DNA of 64,000 nucleotides, taken from assembly GCA_016187335.1 (NCBI GenBank), contig JACPJW010000001.1:96001-160000 (forward strand), read 5' to 3'. Made by a program: the position numbers and the translations under genes. The first letter of the stretch is position 1; every line of letters begins with the position of its first letter. The notes under the pieces were generated by a model, which was given only the letters and a program-made list of their open reading frames with translations, had not been told where the DNA came from and searched no databases. Shown in pieces: positions 1-8,445 of the stretch. The DNA is from Candidatus Aenigmatarchaeota archaeon (GTDB lineage Archaea > Aenigmatarchaeota > Aenigmatarchaeia > GW2011-AR5).

Positions 1-220
1 AGCCGAAGTTTCTTGCAATAATCCGCAGCTGCTCTATTTCTTGCTCAAAGCTGACAAAAATGCCCGGCTCGCTTTCTGCGGCGCTGAGCAGGAACTGCAG
101 GCCGAAAACAGTTTTCCCCGCGCCCGAAACGCCGCTGAGCAGGACAAGGTCTTTTTCAGGGACGCCTCCGCCGATAAGCTCGTCAAGCCCTTTCACGCCG
201 GTGGAAATTCTTTTTACCAT
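1..220 (-). CDS. KaiC/RAD55-family RecA-superfamily ATPase, N-terminal part (runs off window edge; not in ORF track)
   Basis: Manual translation from ATG at 220: MVKRISTGVKGLDELIGGGVPEKDLVLLSGVSGAGKTVFGLQFL...GIFVSFEQ. It has the STG..GLD.L.GGG start, Walker A GxxGxGKT and the vSfE motif typical of KaiC-like proteins. Confidence 0.8.
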   Translation of the reverse strand, partial: MVKRISTGVKGLDELIGGGVPEKDLVLLSGVSGAGKTVFGLQFLLSAAESEPGIFVSFEQEIEQLRIIARNFG

Positions 221-325
221 ATCATCACAGAAAATTTTCCCCTCAACACGGATCATTTGGCTTCGTTCTGGGCATTTGCAACGCGAATCTTTTGAAATTT
301 GGCGGGAATTTACTGGACAGCTTTT

Positions 326-372
326 ATAGTTCTCCAAGGAAACATTCAGGTATTAGTTTCCTTGGGAACTAT
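326..372. repeat. Imperfect palindrome overlapping the ATPase stop codon
   Basis: ATAGTTCTCCAAGGAAAC (326-343) pairs with GTTTCCTTGGGAACTAT (356-372), with one bulge and a 12-nt loop. Confidence 0.8.
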
Positions 373-3300
373 ACATGGTGAAGCTTCGCTTCACCTGTAC
401 AGGAGAACCTTCGGTTCTCCATGTATGTGAAACCAGAAATCATGTCCAGATTCTTTTCTGGTTTCCTGTCAGCCGCTTCGGGGTCGCGCGCGTACATCCT
501 CAGGTATTTGATGACGTCCTCCAGTTTCGTTATGTTGTTGTCAAGCATCCAGTTGAGCAGCTTTTTCCTTCTTGAGATGTCCTTGAGTATCGTGTTCATA
601 GGTATCCCTTTCTCCGTGGACAGCCTGCTTAGGACCCATGAACTGCCGTGGTATTCAAAGCTGTCCTCGGCGGGCAGCCATATGAAAACCTTCGCGGCGC
701 GCGCCCTTCCAGTTTCAGGTTCGATGCTCTCTATTTCGGCAATTTCTTTTATGCGCCTCGCTGACTTGCCTTTTTCGCGCGCGTGGACCATGACCAGCAC
801 GACATCCAGCGCGTCAAGAAGCCCCGGCGAAAGGCTTATAGGCTTTGTCTGCAGCCGCTTGATGACATCGTCAACGCTGCCGGCGTGCATCGTTGCCATG
901 GAAGGGTGGCCGGAATTGTGCAATAAAACGCCGCCAAATCCTCCGACAAAATTTTGCTTGCCTGTAACAACCAGATCGTACACGTCAACAGGATTTTCAA
1001 AAGATAGTTTTTCTATATTCCGTACCCTGTCAAAGTATATGTCACCTATTATTTTGCCCCCGCCTTTAGACTTCGTATCCTTAAAGCTGTTTTTTTTCAG
1101 AGGTCTGATATATTTCAAAAATTCTCTTTTGTCATTTACTTTTCCAAATAGCACTTCATAATCCTTTGTGCCTCTTCCTTTTCTTTCCCTTTCAATAATG
1201 GTCGCTACAATTCCATAAACAAGAAGCAACTGCGTCAAGTCGCTGGCAAGCTCTTTGGAAATTGTATAGTATCCGAATCTTTTCCCGAAGGTGCCATCGC
1301 CGTTATACAATCCAGAAAGGAATTTACCTATTTTTTCCTTGCTCAATCCAAATATGAAATCAGGTATTTTCTTTTCCTTTCCATGACCTGCATGCTGTTT
1401 CAGTAGCTCAAAAAGCACCTTGTGGTTGAATGACAGTTCAGTTGAAACACCCCATCCGTGGGTTTCTCTTTCTTTCGGCTCCTTGCCTGTAACTGCCTTT
1501 ATGCATTTCTTCATGTCTTCGATTATTTCAGGTTGTTTTGCATAAAGGCTGATGCGGTTTGATTTCCTGCCCATGTCCAAGCTTCCTTCAGAAATGTAAT
1601 ACCCTACTAATCGCAGCAGCTCAGGTGTAATAGGCAGATGCGCCGGAAATGACTCGCTTTTTCTGTCGTATCTCACTTGTATTTCTTCAGCAGTATACTT
1701 GATACCAGCCGCTTCCATAAGAGCCTGGAATATTTTTAATTTCATGGCTGAAGGCTTTCTTCCAGAAAAATCAGCATAGTAGCTCGAAACGCTCGGGCAT
1801 ATTCTGCACGCTGCTTCGTATCCGAGTTTCCTGACAGCCTCCCTAACAAGCTTAGGTGCGTAAACCCTGCAGTCTATAAGCAATTTCGTAATATCAAGGT
1901 GCTCCAAGTCATTAAGTCCTGCCGGAAGTCTTGCAGGAATTAGGACAACGCTCCCTTCCTTTAGTTCCTCGGTTCTAGAAACAGTTATTTTCCCATTCTC
2001 AAAGGAAAACAAAGAATGGTCTGGTGTAGTTATTACACTTCTTCCTGTCCGAGTTGTTATTTTATAAAGCTCCCTTCTTGGGGCGTGTTTTCGCTTCTGG
2101 AAAGGCATTAATTCTATTTTGAACTTGTTCGTGTCAAGGGCAGGTACTCTGAAACTTGTCCGGGGCTCGAGCTTTCCGATAGGTATCCGCTTAAGCTGGT
2201 TGTCGTTCAAGATCAATACTTTCTCTTCTGCCGGAATAGAAGCCATTGCCTGGAACATGACGTAAGCTTCCTTTCCCCTTATCTCGCCTACGATGAGGTA
2301 GTCGGGGTTCTGCCTGAACGATTCCTTTAGCAGTTCGAACATTGAAACCTCGCCGACGCCGCTGCTGCCGAAGGATGTTCTCGCAACGCCGGGTATCCAG
2401 TTCTCGTGCGGCAAAGAAAGTTCTCGCGTGTCCTCTATGCTAACGATTTTCGCTTCTTCCTTTATGAACAGCGAGAGCGTGTTGAGTATTGATGTCTTGC
2501 CCGTAGCGACCCCGCCTGTTATCAGCACGTTCGCGCCGTTCTCGACAACAAACCACAGGTAGGCGAGCATTTCCTCAGAAGCTGTCCCGAGCTTTATCAT
2601 GTCAACAGGGTTGAACGGCGTTTCCCTGAACTTCCTGATGGAGAACGTGGGCCCTCTTGTCGTCACGTCGCTGGCTATTGACGCCTGCACTCGAGTGCCG
2701 TCAGGCAACGAGCCGTCCAGCAGGGGCTCAGCGTAGCTTATGTACCTGTCGCACCTCTCCGCAAGCTTCGTGACAAAATTTCTCAGCTTGTCAACGTCGC
2801 TGTAGACGATGCTTGTTTTTATTGAGCCGTATTTCTGGTGGACGATGTAAACGTTGACGGAAACCCCGTCGCAGCCTATGTCCTCTATGTAGGGGTCGTG
2901 CAGGAAAGGCTCTATCTCGTTGAGCCCGATGAAGTCGCGGTAGATGTAGTACATTATTTTTATCAGCTCGATGTCGCTCAGCTTGAAGTCGTACTGCTTC
3001 ACCAGCATGTCTATGTTTTCCTCAAGGAATTCCAGGAGTTTCTGCTCGTTCTTCACGTCGCCGAGGCTCACTTTTATCACCTGGACAAGCCCCTCCTTCA
3101 GCTTCTCAAGTATGTTTTTCTCTTTGCTGGTCAGCCTGGGCTCTGTGATCTTGTAAACAAGGGAGTGCTCCAGGGGGTCCCATTTTATGTTCGCGTAGGA
3201 ATAAGGCGGTATAAGAGGGTATATGACTCCCGTGCGCTTCACCTCTTCCGGCGACGGCAGCGTTTTCAAGGTTTTCACAGGAATGATGCCGAACTTCAGG

Positions 3301-3428
3301 CCTTCCTTGTTCCGCGCCTTTATGGCGTAAATCATCTCGGCCGCCCTTGAGTTAAATACAGGAGGTTTTTCACTTTTTGATATCTTCCTGTAAAGGGCTC
3401 CTCTCAGGCTTTTTATTTTGTCGAGCAT
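369..3428 (-). CDS. Type II/IV secretion (archaeal pilus/FlaI-TadA-like) ATPase containing an intein
   Basis: Walker A GGVATGKT, Asp box IEDTREL, Walker B LIVGEIRG, His box SGHPSMATMHA after intein removal; GGTGG Shine-Dalgarno upstream of the ATG. Confidence 0.93.
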   Translation of the reverse strand: MLDKIKSLRGALYRKISKSEKPPVFNSRAAEMIYAIKARNKEGLKFGIIPVKTLKTLPSPEEVKRTGVIYPLIPPYSYANIKWDPLEHSLVYKITEPRLTSKEKNILEKLKEGLVQVIKVSLGDVKNEQKLLEFLEENIDMLVKQYDFKLSDIELIKIMYYIYRDFIGLNEIEPFLHDPYIEDIGCDGVSVNVYIVHQKYGSIKTSIVYSDVDKLRNFVTKLAERCDRYISYAEPLLDGSLPDGTRVQASIASDVTTRGPTFSIRKFRETPFNPVDMIKLGTASEEMLAYLWFVVENGANVLITGGVATGKTSILNTLSLFIKEEAKIVSIEDTRELSLPHENWIPGVARTSFGSSGVGEVSMFELLKESFRQNPDYLIVGEIRGKEAYVMFQAMASIPAEEKVLILNDNQLKRIPIGKLEPRTSFRVPALDTNKFKIELMPFQKRKHAPRRELYKITTRTGRSVITTPDHSLFSFENGKITVSRTEELKEGSVVLIPARLPAGLNDLEHLDITKLLIDCRVYAPKLVREAVRKLGYEAACRICPSVSSYYADFSGRKPSAMKLKIFQALMEAAGIKYTAEEIQVRYDRKSESFPAHLPITPELLRLVGYYISEGSLDMGRKSNRISLYAKQPEIIEDMKKCIKAVTGKEPKERETHGWGVSTELSFNHKVLFELLKQHAGHGKEKKIPDFIFGLSKEKIGKFLSGLYNGDGTFGKRFGYYTISKELASDLTQLLLVYGIVATIIERERKGRGTKDYEVLFGKVNDKREFLKYIRPLKKNSFKDTKSKGGGKIIGDIYFDRVRNIEKLSFENPVDVYDLVVTGKQNFVGGFGGVLLHNSGHPSMATMHAGSVDDVIKRLQTKPISLSPGLLDALDVVLVMVHAREKGKSARRIKEIAEIESIEPETGRARAAKVFIWLPAEDSFEYHGSSWVLSRLSTEKGIPMNTILKDISRRKKLLNWMLDNNITKLEDVIKYLRMYARDPEAADRKPEKNLDMISGFTYMENRRFSCTGEAKLHHV
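371..426. repeat. Branched palindromic element translated as the C-terminus of the ATPase
   Basis: Outer stem ATACATGG/CCATGTAT encloses GGTGAAGC-TTC-GCTTCACC and GGAGAACC-TTC-GGTTCTCC. Confidence 0.8.
915..2240 (-). mobile_element. Intein (442 aa) with LAGLIDADG homing endonuclease
   Basis: Starts SIPAEEKVL (Ser1). Block B TPDH, endonuclease blocks LVGYYISEG and FLSGLYNGDG, block F VYDLVV, ends VLLHN followed by extein Ser. Removal gives FQAMA-SGHP. Confidence 0.95.
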
Positions 3429-3436
3429 CAGTCCAC

Positions 3437-3497
3437 CTTTGACCAGACTTTTTGGTCAGATTTTTTTTTGATCAAACTTTTTTTCCAAAAAAGTTTG
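3437..3497. repeat. Family-1 palindromic repeat (CAAACTTTT..AAAAGTTTGATCAAAA on the minus strand) plus a variant CTTTGACC..GGTCAGA
   Basis: Same module as at 8177, 8264, 8325, 8355, 17654 and 59824-59976. Confidence 0.85.
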
Positions 3498-3788
3498 CTA
3501 TTGGTTGCTTTCTTCGTCTCTTCCGAAGCGCGAGCCCCTTGAGCGGCCGATTTTCACAATGCCGCGGAAGCGCGCGCACGAAGGGCATACGTACATCTTC
3601 CTGCCGAACGTTGAAACAAATCTGCGGTCTATCTGTTTCCTCAGGACAGGGTCGGTAATCCTGAAGCTCTTGATAACGCTTATCGTTTTCCATCTCGGGA
3701 CGCTTTTGCTGCAGTAACCGCACGAGACGGTGGATTCGTGTCCCTTTGACTTTGTGTGATGATATCCTCTTTTGTAAGGTGCCGGCAT
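3498..3788 (-). CDS. rps26e: Ribosomal protein S26e
   Basis: KGH...V.CGYC...VPRWK...CPSCARFRGIVK zinc-finger pattern of S26e; ATG at 3788 preferred. Confidence 0.85.
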   Translation of the reverse strand: MPAPYKRGYHHTKSKGHESTVSCGYCSKSVPRWKTISVIKSFRITDPVLRKQIDRRFVSTFGRKMYVCPSCARFRGIVKIGRSRGSRFGRDEESNQ

Positions 3789-3865
3789 TTCTATCAACTC
3801 CGTTTTTATATATTCTATTGCCTGCCCTTATATAATAATTTAAGGTTAATTAAGAAATTGGGTTC

Positions 3866-4948
3866 ATGGGAGCAGCGACATCAGGAAATATTGAAAAAAT
3901 CCTCGGGGAGAAGGCGCCTCTTATTGACAGAACAATAGAAAAATACCTGCCGAAGAAATACAATGAAAAATCGATGGAGTTTACGTTTGGAAAGGCAAGA
4001 TACCGCTTCAGCGCTGAAGCCGCGGACAAGGCACTGGCCGTTCCCGTATGGGACCTGCTTGGCAGGGGCGGCAAGAGGTGGCGCCCTTTTCTTTTTCTCA
4101 CAACCTGCGAAGCGCTTGGCGGGAATCCTAAAAAATTTCTTGATTTCGTCGCGCTGATTGAACTCATACATAATGGGAGCCTTATCATTGACGACATCGA
4201 AGATAGCAGCGAATTGAGAAGGGGAAAGCCCTGCACGTACAAAATTTTCGGCACGGACACTGCCGTAAACGCCGGCAACTTCATGTATTTCGCACCACTT
4301 CTTGTCTTGCTAAAAAGTAAAATGCCTGAACAAAAGAAGCTCCGCGCCTACGAAATTTATGCGCAGGAACTCATCAATATCCATCTCGGCCAGGCCATGG
4401 ACATTTTGTGGCACCGCGGGATTGCCGAGCCTGCTGGAGAGCAGGAATATTTGCAGATGTGCGCGTTCAAGACCGGCACATTAGCAAGGCTAGCCGCGAA
4501 GCTCGGCGCGCTGTGCGCCGGCGCCGATGAAAAAACAATGGAAACAATGGGCGCGCTTGCCGAATCCTTGGGCGTCGCTTTCCAGATACAGGACGATGTC
4601 CTCAACCTCACCGCCGCAAGCAACAAGGGCCAGTTCGTCAAGCATTATTTGGGCGAGGACATCCATGAGGGAAAAAGAACTTTGATGGTAATCCGCACGC
4701 TTGAAAAAGCTTCCGCAACCGACAGGAAACGCTTGGTAAAAATTTTAAGCATGCACACGTCTGACAAAAAACTTATTAATGAAGCCATAGCAATATTGAA
4801 TAGATACGGCGCGATAGATTATGCAAAAGAACGCGCGAAAAGCATTGTGAAAAAGTCATGGGGCGAAGCTGACAAAATCCTCAGGTCTTCGCAGTCAAAG
4901 GATAACCTGAAAGCCCTGGTCAGCTTTGCAATAGAAAGGGAATTTTAA
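3866..4948 (+). CDS. idsA: Polyprenyl (geranylgeranyl) diphosphate synthase
   Basis: GGKRWRP, first Asp-rich motif IIDDIED..ELRRG, GQAMD, FKTG, FQIQDD. Confidence 0.92.
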   Translation: MGAATSGNIEKILGEKAPLIDRTIEKYLPKKYNEKSMEFTFGKARYRFSAEAADKALAVPVWDLLGRGGKRWRPFLFLTTCEALGGNPKKFLDFVALIELIHNGSLIIDDIEDSSELRRGKPCTYKIFGTDTAVNAGNFMYFAPLLVLLKSKMPEQKKLRAYEIYAQELINIHLGQAMDILWHRGIAEPAGEQEYLQMCAFKTGTLARLAAKLGALCAGADEKTMETMGALAESLGVAFQIQDDVLNLTAASNKGQFVKHYLGEDIHEGKRTLMVIRTLEKASATDRKRLVKILSMHTSDKKLINEAIAILNRYGAIDYAKERAKSIVKKSWGEADKILRSSQSKDNLKALVSFAIEREF

Positions 4949-4971
4949 TTCTTTCTCATCAATTATGGACT

Positions 4972-7134
4972 ATGCGCATAGAGGAAACAAATTTCCCGCC
5001 GCCAGTCCTTGACATCCTGAAAAAAGAGCTGAGCATTCTGAATCCGCCGCAGGCTGCAGCGCTGAACGCCGGCCTGCTGGAAAGGAAGAACATTGTCGTC
5101 GCTTCGCCAACGGCGTCAGGAAAGACGATGATAGCTGAGCTGGCAATATTGAAAAACTTTCTCGCAAGCCGCGGAAAAGCGGTGTATATCGTGCCGCTGA
5201 AAGCACTGGCTTCGGAGAAGTACAGGGAGTTTGTCGGGAAATACAAGAAAATCGGCATGAAGATAGCGATATCCATAGGCGACCTGGACGGCAACGACAC
5301 GTGGCTTGAAAATTATGACCTGATTATTGCAAGCAACGAGAAGATGGACTCGCTGCTCAGGCACGAGGCGAAGTGGGTTAGCAACGTCAGCCTAGTTGTA
5401 TGCGACGAAGTCCACATGCTCAACGACGTATCGCGCGGCCCGACGCTAGAAATTGTCCTGACGCGGATGCGCGACATGTGCGACGCGCAATTCCTTGCCT
5501 TGTCCGCGACGATAAAGAACGCCGAGGAAATCGCCGAATGGATGAAAGCCAATCTCGTGAAAAGCGATTACCGCCCGGTGAAGCTTTACTACGGCGTCGC
5601 TTATCCTGATAAGGAAAAAATGGTTCTGGAATACGAAGGCAAGGGCGATTTCGTGCTCAGCGAAAGCGAGCCAGAAACGGCGCTGAGCAGGGACGTTGTT
5701 GCGCGCGGCAAGCAGGCGCTGTTCTTTGTTTCAACGCGCAGGAGCGCCGAGGCGGCGGCAGAAAGAATCGCAGAAGCCATTCACAAACATCTGGGCGATG
5801 AGGAAAAAGCGCAGCTGAAAAAAATATCCGACGAAGCCCTGCACGCCCTTCCCGGGCCGACAAAGCAGTGCAGGCGCCTGTCGGCATGCTTAGCAAAAGG
5901 CGCGGCGTTCCATCACGCCGGCCTTGTCGCAGCGCAGCGCACGATAATAGAGGACAATTTCCGCAGCGGCATTATAAAAATCCTGGCTGCAACGCCCACG
6001 CTTGCGTTCGGCATAAACCTGCCCGCGTGGCGCGTATACATACGTGATGTTAAGCGCTTCAGCGGTTATGGCTCTGATTACCTGCCGGTCCTTGAGGTGC
6101 AGCAGATGTGCGGAAGAGCCGGACGCCCTAAGTATGATACAGAAGGAGAAGCCATACTTGTCGCAAAGAACAGCTACGAGAAAAATGAACTGAAAGAGCG
6201 CTATGTTTACGGCGAGCCTGAGCCTATTTATTCAAAGCTTTCCGTGGAGCCCGTCCTGCGCATGCATGTTCTGGCTCTTGTCGCAAGCAAGGCGACGAAA
6301 AGCAAGTATGAACTCAGCGAATTCTTTGAAAAGACATTCTTTTCTCACCAGTACAAGGACGTAGACGAGGTGATGAAAAGGGTTGAGAAAGTCATCGCCG
6401 AGCTTGCCAGCTACGGCTTCGTGGAAACAGAAAAAGAGCCTTTCATGCTGCCGGATTTTGTCCCGGCTTTCGCGCTTGATAAAGATTATAAAGTTCAGGC
6501 AACCCGCACTGGCAGGCGTGTCAGCGAACTGTACGTAGACCCCGCATCGGCTTTCCACATTATAAGCAATTTAAAGCCAAGAACGGATTTTGAATTTCTT
6601 TCTGTTATCAACAAGTGCATGGAAATGCGGCCGATGCTGCGCGTGAAGAAAAATGAATACGAAGATCTGGAAAAAGAAATAGAGCGCTTCGGCATAACCA
6701 CGCCGGACGTATGGGACGTCGATTACGAGGAATTCGCTGCCTTGTTCAAGACTTCATTGATGTTCAACGAATGGATGAACGAGGCGTCGGAAGAGCAGAT
6801 GATGGAAAAATTCGGCATAGCGCCCGGCGAGCTCCATGTAAAGATAAACAACGCCGAATGGCTTCTCTACGCAGGGCGCGAGCTTGCTCTTGTCCTGGGC
6901 AGAAGAAGCATCGCCAACAGGATGAACCGGCTCCGCTTAAGGATAAAGCATGGCGTGAAGGAAGAGCTGCTCCGGCTGGTAAAGCTGCGCGGGGTCGGCC
7001 GCGTGAGGGCTCGCATGCTTTTCAGGAACGGCATAAAGAGCGCAGCTGACATCAAGAACAACTTTGAAAAGGCTGAGAATCTGCTGGGCAAAGGGGTTGC
7101 AAGGCAGATAATGGAAGAGGTAAAATCGCAATAA
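4972..7134 (+). CDS. hel308: Ski2-like DEVH helicase Hel308/Hjm
   Basis: PTASGKT, DEVH, SAT, QMCGRAGRP and C-terminal HhH GVGRVRAR. Confidence 0.95.
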   Translation: MRIEETNFPPPVLDILKKELSILNPPQAAALNAGLLERKNIVVASPTASGKTMIAELAILKNFLASRGKAVYIVPLKALASEKYREFVGKYKKIGMKIAISIGDLDGNDTWLENYDLIIASNEKMDSLLRHEAKWVSNVSLVVCDEVHMLNDVSRGPTLEIVLTRMRDMCDAQFLALSATIKNAEEIAEWMKANLVKSDYRPVKLYYGVAYPDKEKMVLEYEGKGDFVLSESEPETALSRDVVARGKQALFFVSTRRSAEAAAERIAEAIHKHLGDEEKAQLKKISDEALHALPGPTKQCRRLSACLAKGAAFHHAGLVAAQRTIIEDNFRSGIIKILAATPTLAFGINLPAWRVYIRDVKRFSGYGSDYLPVLEVQQMCGRAGRPKYDTEGEAILVAKNSYEKNELKERYVYGEPEPIYSKLSVEPVLRMHVLALVASKATKSKYELSEFFEKTFFSHQYKDVDEVMKRVEKVIAELASYGFVETEKEPFMLPDFVPAFALDKDYKVQATRTGRRVSELYVDPASAFHIISNLKPRTDFEFLSVINKCMEMRPMLRVKKNEYEDLEKEIERFGITTPDVWDVDYEEFAALFKTSLMFNEWMNEASEEQMMEKFGIAPGELHVKINNAEWLLYAGRELALVLGRRSIANRMNRLRLRIKHGVKEELLRLVKLRGVGRVRARMLFRNGIKSAADIKNNFEKAENLLGKGVARQIMEEVKSQ

Positions 7135-7232
7135 AAATTATGATAAAATATTTTATTAACTGACATCAATTCAGACCCGCTTTATTTTAGCATTCAGAAA
7201 CCCGGGAAACATCGTTCTGAATATGACAAATT

Positions 7233-8084
7233 TTACAAGAAAACCTTCGCCAGCGTCAGCAGGACGCCAGCTCCGAAAAGCATTGCGGAACCTAAAATTA
7301 CCTTCATCCTGATTTTCTTGTCCTTGATTTCCTTGAAGTAGAAAAGCCCCCAAAGAACGCCGACGAGCAGGGCAAGCTGCGTGAGCGGCGCGCCGATTGC
7401 AAGCCCCAGATAAGTTATTGCGTAGAGCGAGCTTAGCATAGCAACAGACCACATAAATCCGGAAATCATGCCCGGCTTCACCTGGTTTTTGACAACTTTT
7501 CTTACCTTCACCAGAAACAGGATTGACGATGCTGCAATTATGCCGGCGGCCATCGGAAACAGGAATTCGTTTATGCCTAAGTTGCTCAGCTTGAAAAGAA
7601 AGGCCGGTGCGCCGAAAAACAGTCCTGCAAAGAAGGCTGCGGCAAGCCCTTTATTGTCCGCATTTATTTTCTCTTTGCCCTGCGACACAAGCACAAGGCC
7701 GGCCAGAAATACAAGCACGCCAAAAGCGCCGAGCGCAATATTAAGCGGCTCCACGAAGAAAAATGTCCCTGAAAGGAACGTGATAATCAGCGGCATTCCT
7801 AACGGAATAGCCGTGCCCTTTGCGATGCCTATTCTTTCTATCGACACGATATGAAGCACGTTCCCGATATTCCACAAGATTCCTGCAAGAATGCCGAAAT
7901 AATTCAAGGCAAAAGGAAACCCCAGCATGAATGTCAGCGCGACGCTTGTTCCTAAAATTCCCAGCGCCATGAACATGTTGTAGTGCAGCATGTTCGGATT
8001 TTTCATCCGCTTTAAGGGCACGAACTGCGAGCCCCAGAATAAAGCAGAAACAGAAGCCGCCGCCACGCCAAGAAGCAGGGACAT
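7233..8084 (-). CDS. DMT-superfamily (GRP/GlcU-like) membrane transporter
   Basis: About 10 hydrophobic segments in two repeats; WGSQFVP and LVGVLWGLFYFKE motifs. Confidence 0.75.
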   Translation of the reverse strand: MSLLLGVAAASVSALFWGSQFVPLKRMKNPNMLHYNMFMALGILGTSVALTFMLGFPFALNYFGILAGILWNIGNVLHIVSIERIGIAKGTAIPLGMPLIITFLSGTFFFVEPLNIALGAFGVLVFLAGLVLVSQGKEKINADNKGLAAAFFAGLFFGAPAFLFKLSNLGINEFLFPMAAGIIAASSILFLVKVRKVVKNQVKPGMISGFMWSVAMLSSLYAITYLGLAIGAPLTQLALLVGVLWGLFYFKEIKDKKIRMKVILGSAMLFGAGVLLTLAKVFL

Positions 8085-8176
8085 AAGATTACATGCGCCG
8101 TCAGATTAAAAAGCTTGCCCACTATGTTCATTTGATTCGGGCCTGTAGTCTAGCTTGGTAGGATTCGGGCTTCGGG

Positions 8177-8241
8177 CAAACTTTTCCAAAAGTTTGATCA
8201 AAAGGATGAGCTTCTAAGAGCTCAAGGAAAAGTTTAGAACC
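8177..8241 (+). other. tRNA intron 1 (65 nt, canonical 37/38, relaxed BHB)
   Basis: AAACTTTTCC/GGAAAAGTTT 10-bp helix, 3-nt bulges, central helix TTCG/AGAA with one G-A mismatch. Confidence 0.9.
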
Positions 8242-8262
8242 AGTCCGTGGCGGGAGTTCAAA

Positions 8263-8308
8263 TTGAACTTTTCCGAAAAGTTCAATCAAAAGGGAAAGTT
8301 CATGAAAA
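8263..8308 (+). other. tRNA intron 2 (46 nt, T-loop 59/60, strict BHB)
   Basis: Central helix TTCA/TGAA, bulges AAT and AAT, inner helix TGAACTTTTCC/GGGAAAGTTCA. Confidence 0.92.
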
Positions 8309-8324
8309 TCTCCCCGGGCCCATT

Positions 8325-8445
8325 CAAACTTTGCTGCTCCAAAGTTTGATCAAACAAACTTCTTTGGAAAAGAAGTTTGATCAAGAAAATAATATGGTCT
8401 GGACAGAATCGCAAAGCGATTCTGGGCAGTGTGGTCAAAAGACAC
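8325..8445. repeat. Cluster of palindromic repeats between tRNA-Pro and trmI (two family-1 copies, a 39-nt family-2 hairpin, a family-1 variant)
   Basis: CAAACTTTG..CAAAGTTTGATCAAA (8325-8354), CAAACTTCTTT..AAAGAAGTTTGATCAAG (8355-8385), AATATGGTCTGGACAGAATCGCAAAGCGATTCTGGGCAG (8391-8429). Confidence 0.85.

Larger units (their letters stand above)
8139..8322 (+). tRNA. tRNA-Pro(CGG) with two introns (8177-8241 at 37/38; 8263-8308 at 59/60)
   Basis: The spliced 73-nt sequence folds fully: acceptor GGGCCTG/CGGGCCC, D arm GTCT/GGAT, anticodon stem CGGGC/GTCCG, loop TT-CGG-GA, T arm GGGAG-TTCAAAT-CTCCC, discriminator A. CCA is not encoded. Confidence 0.93.
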
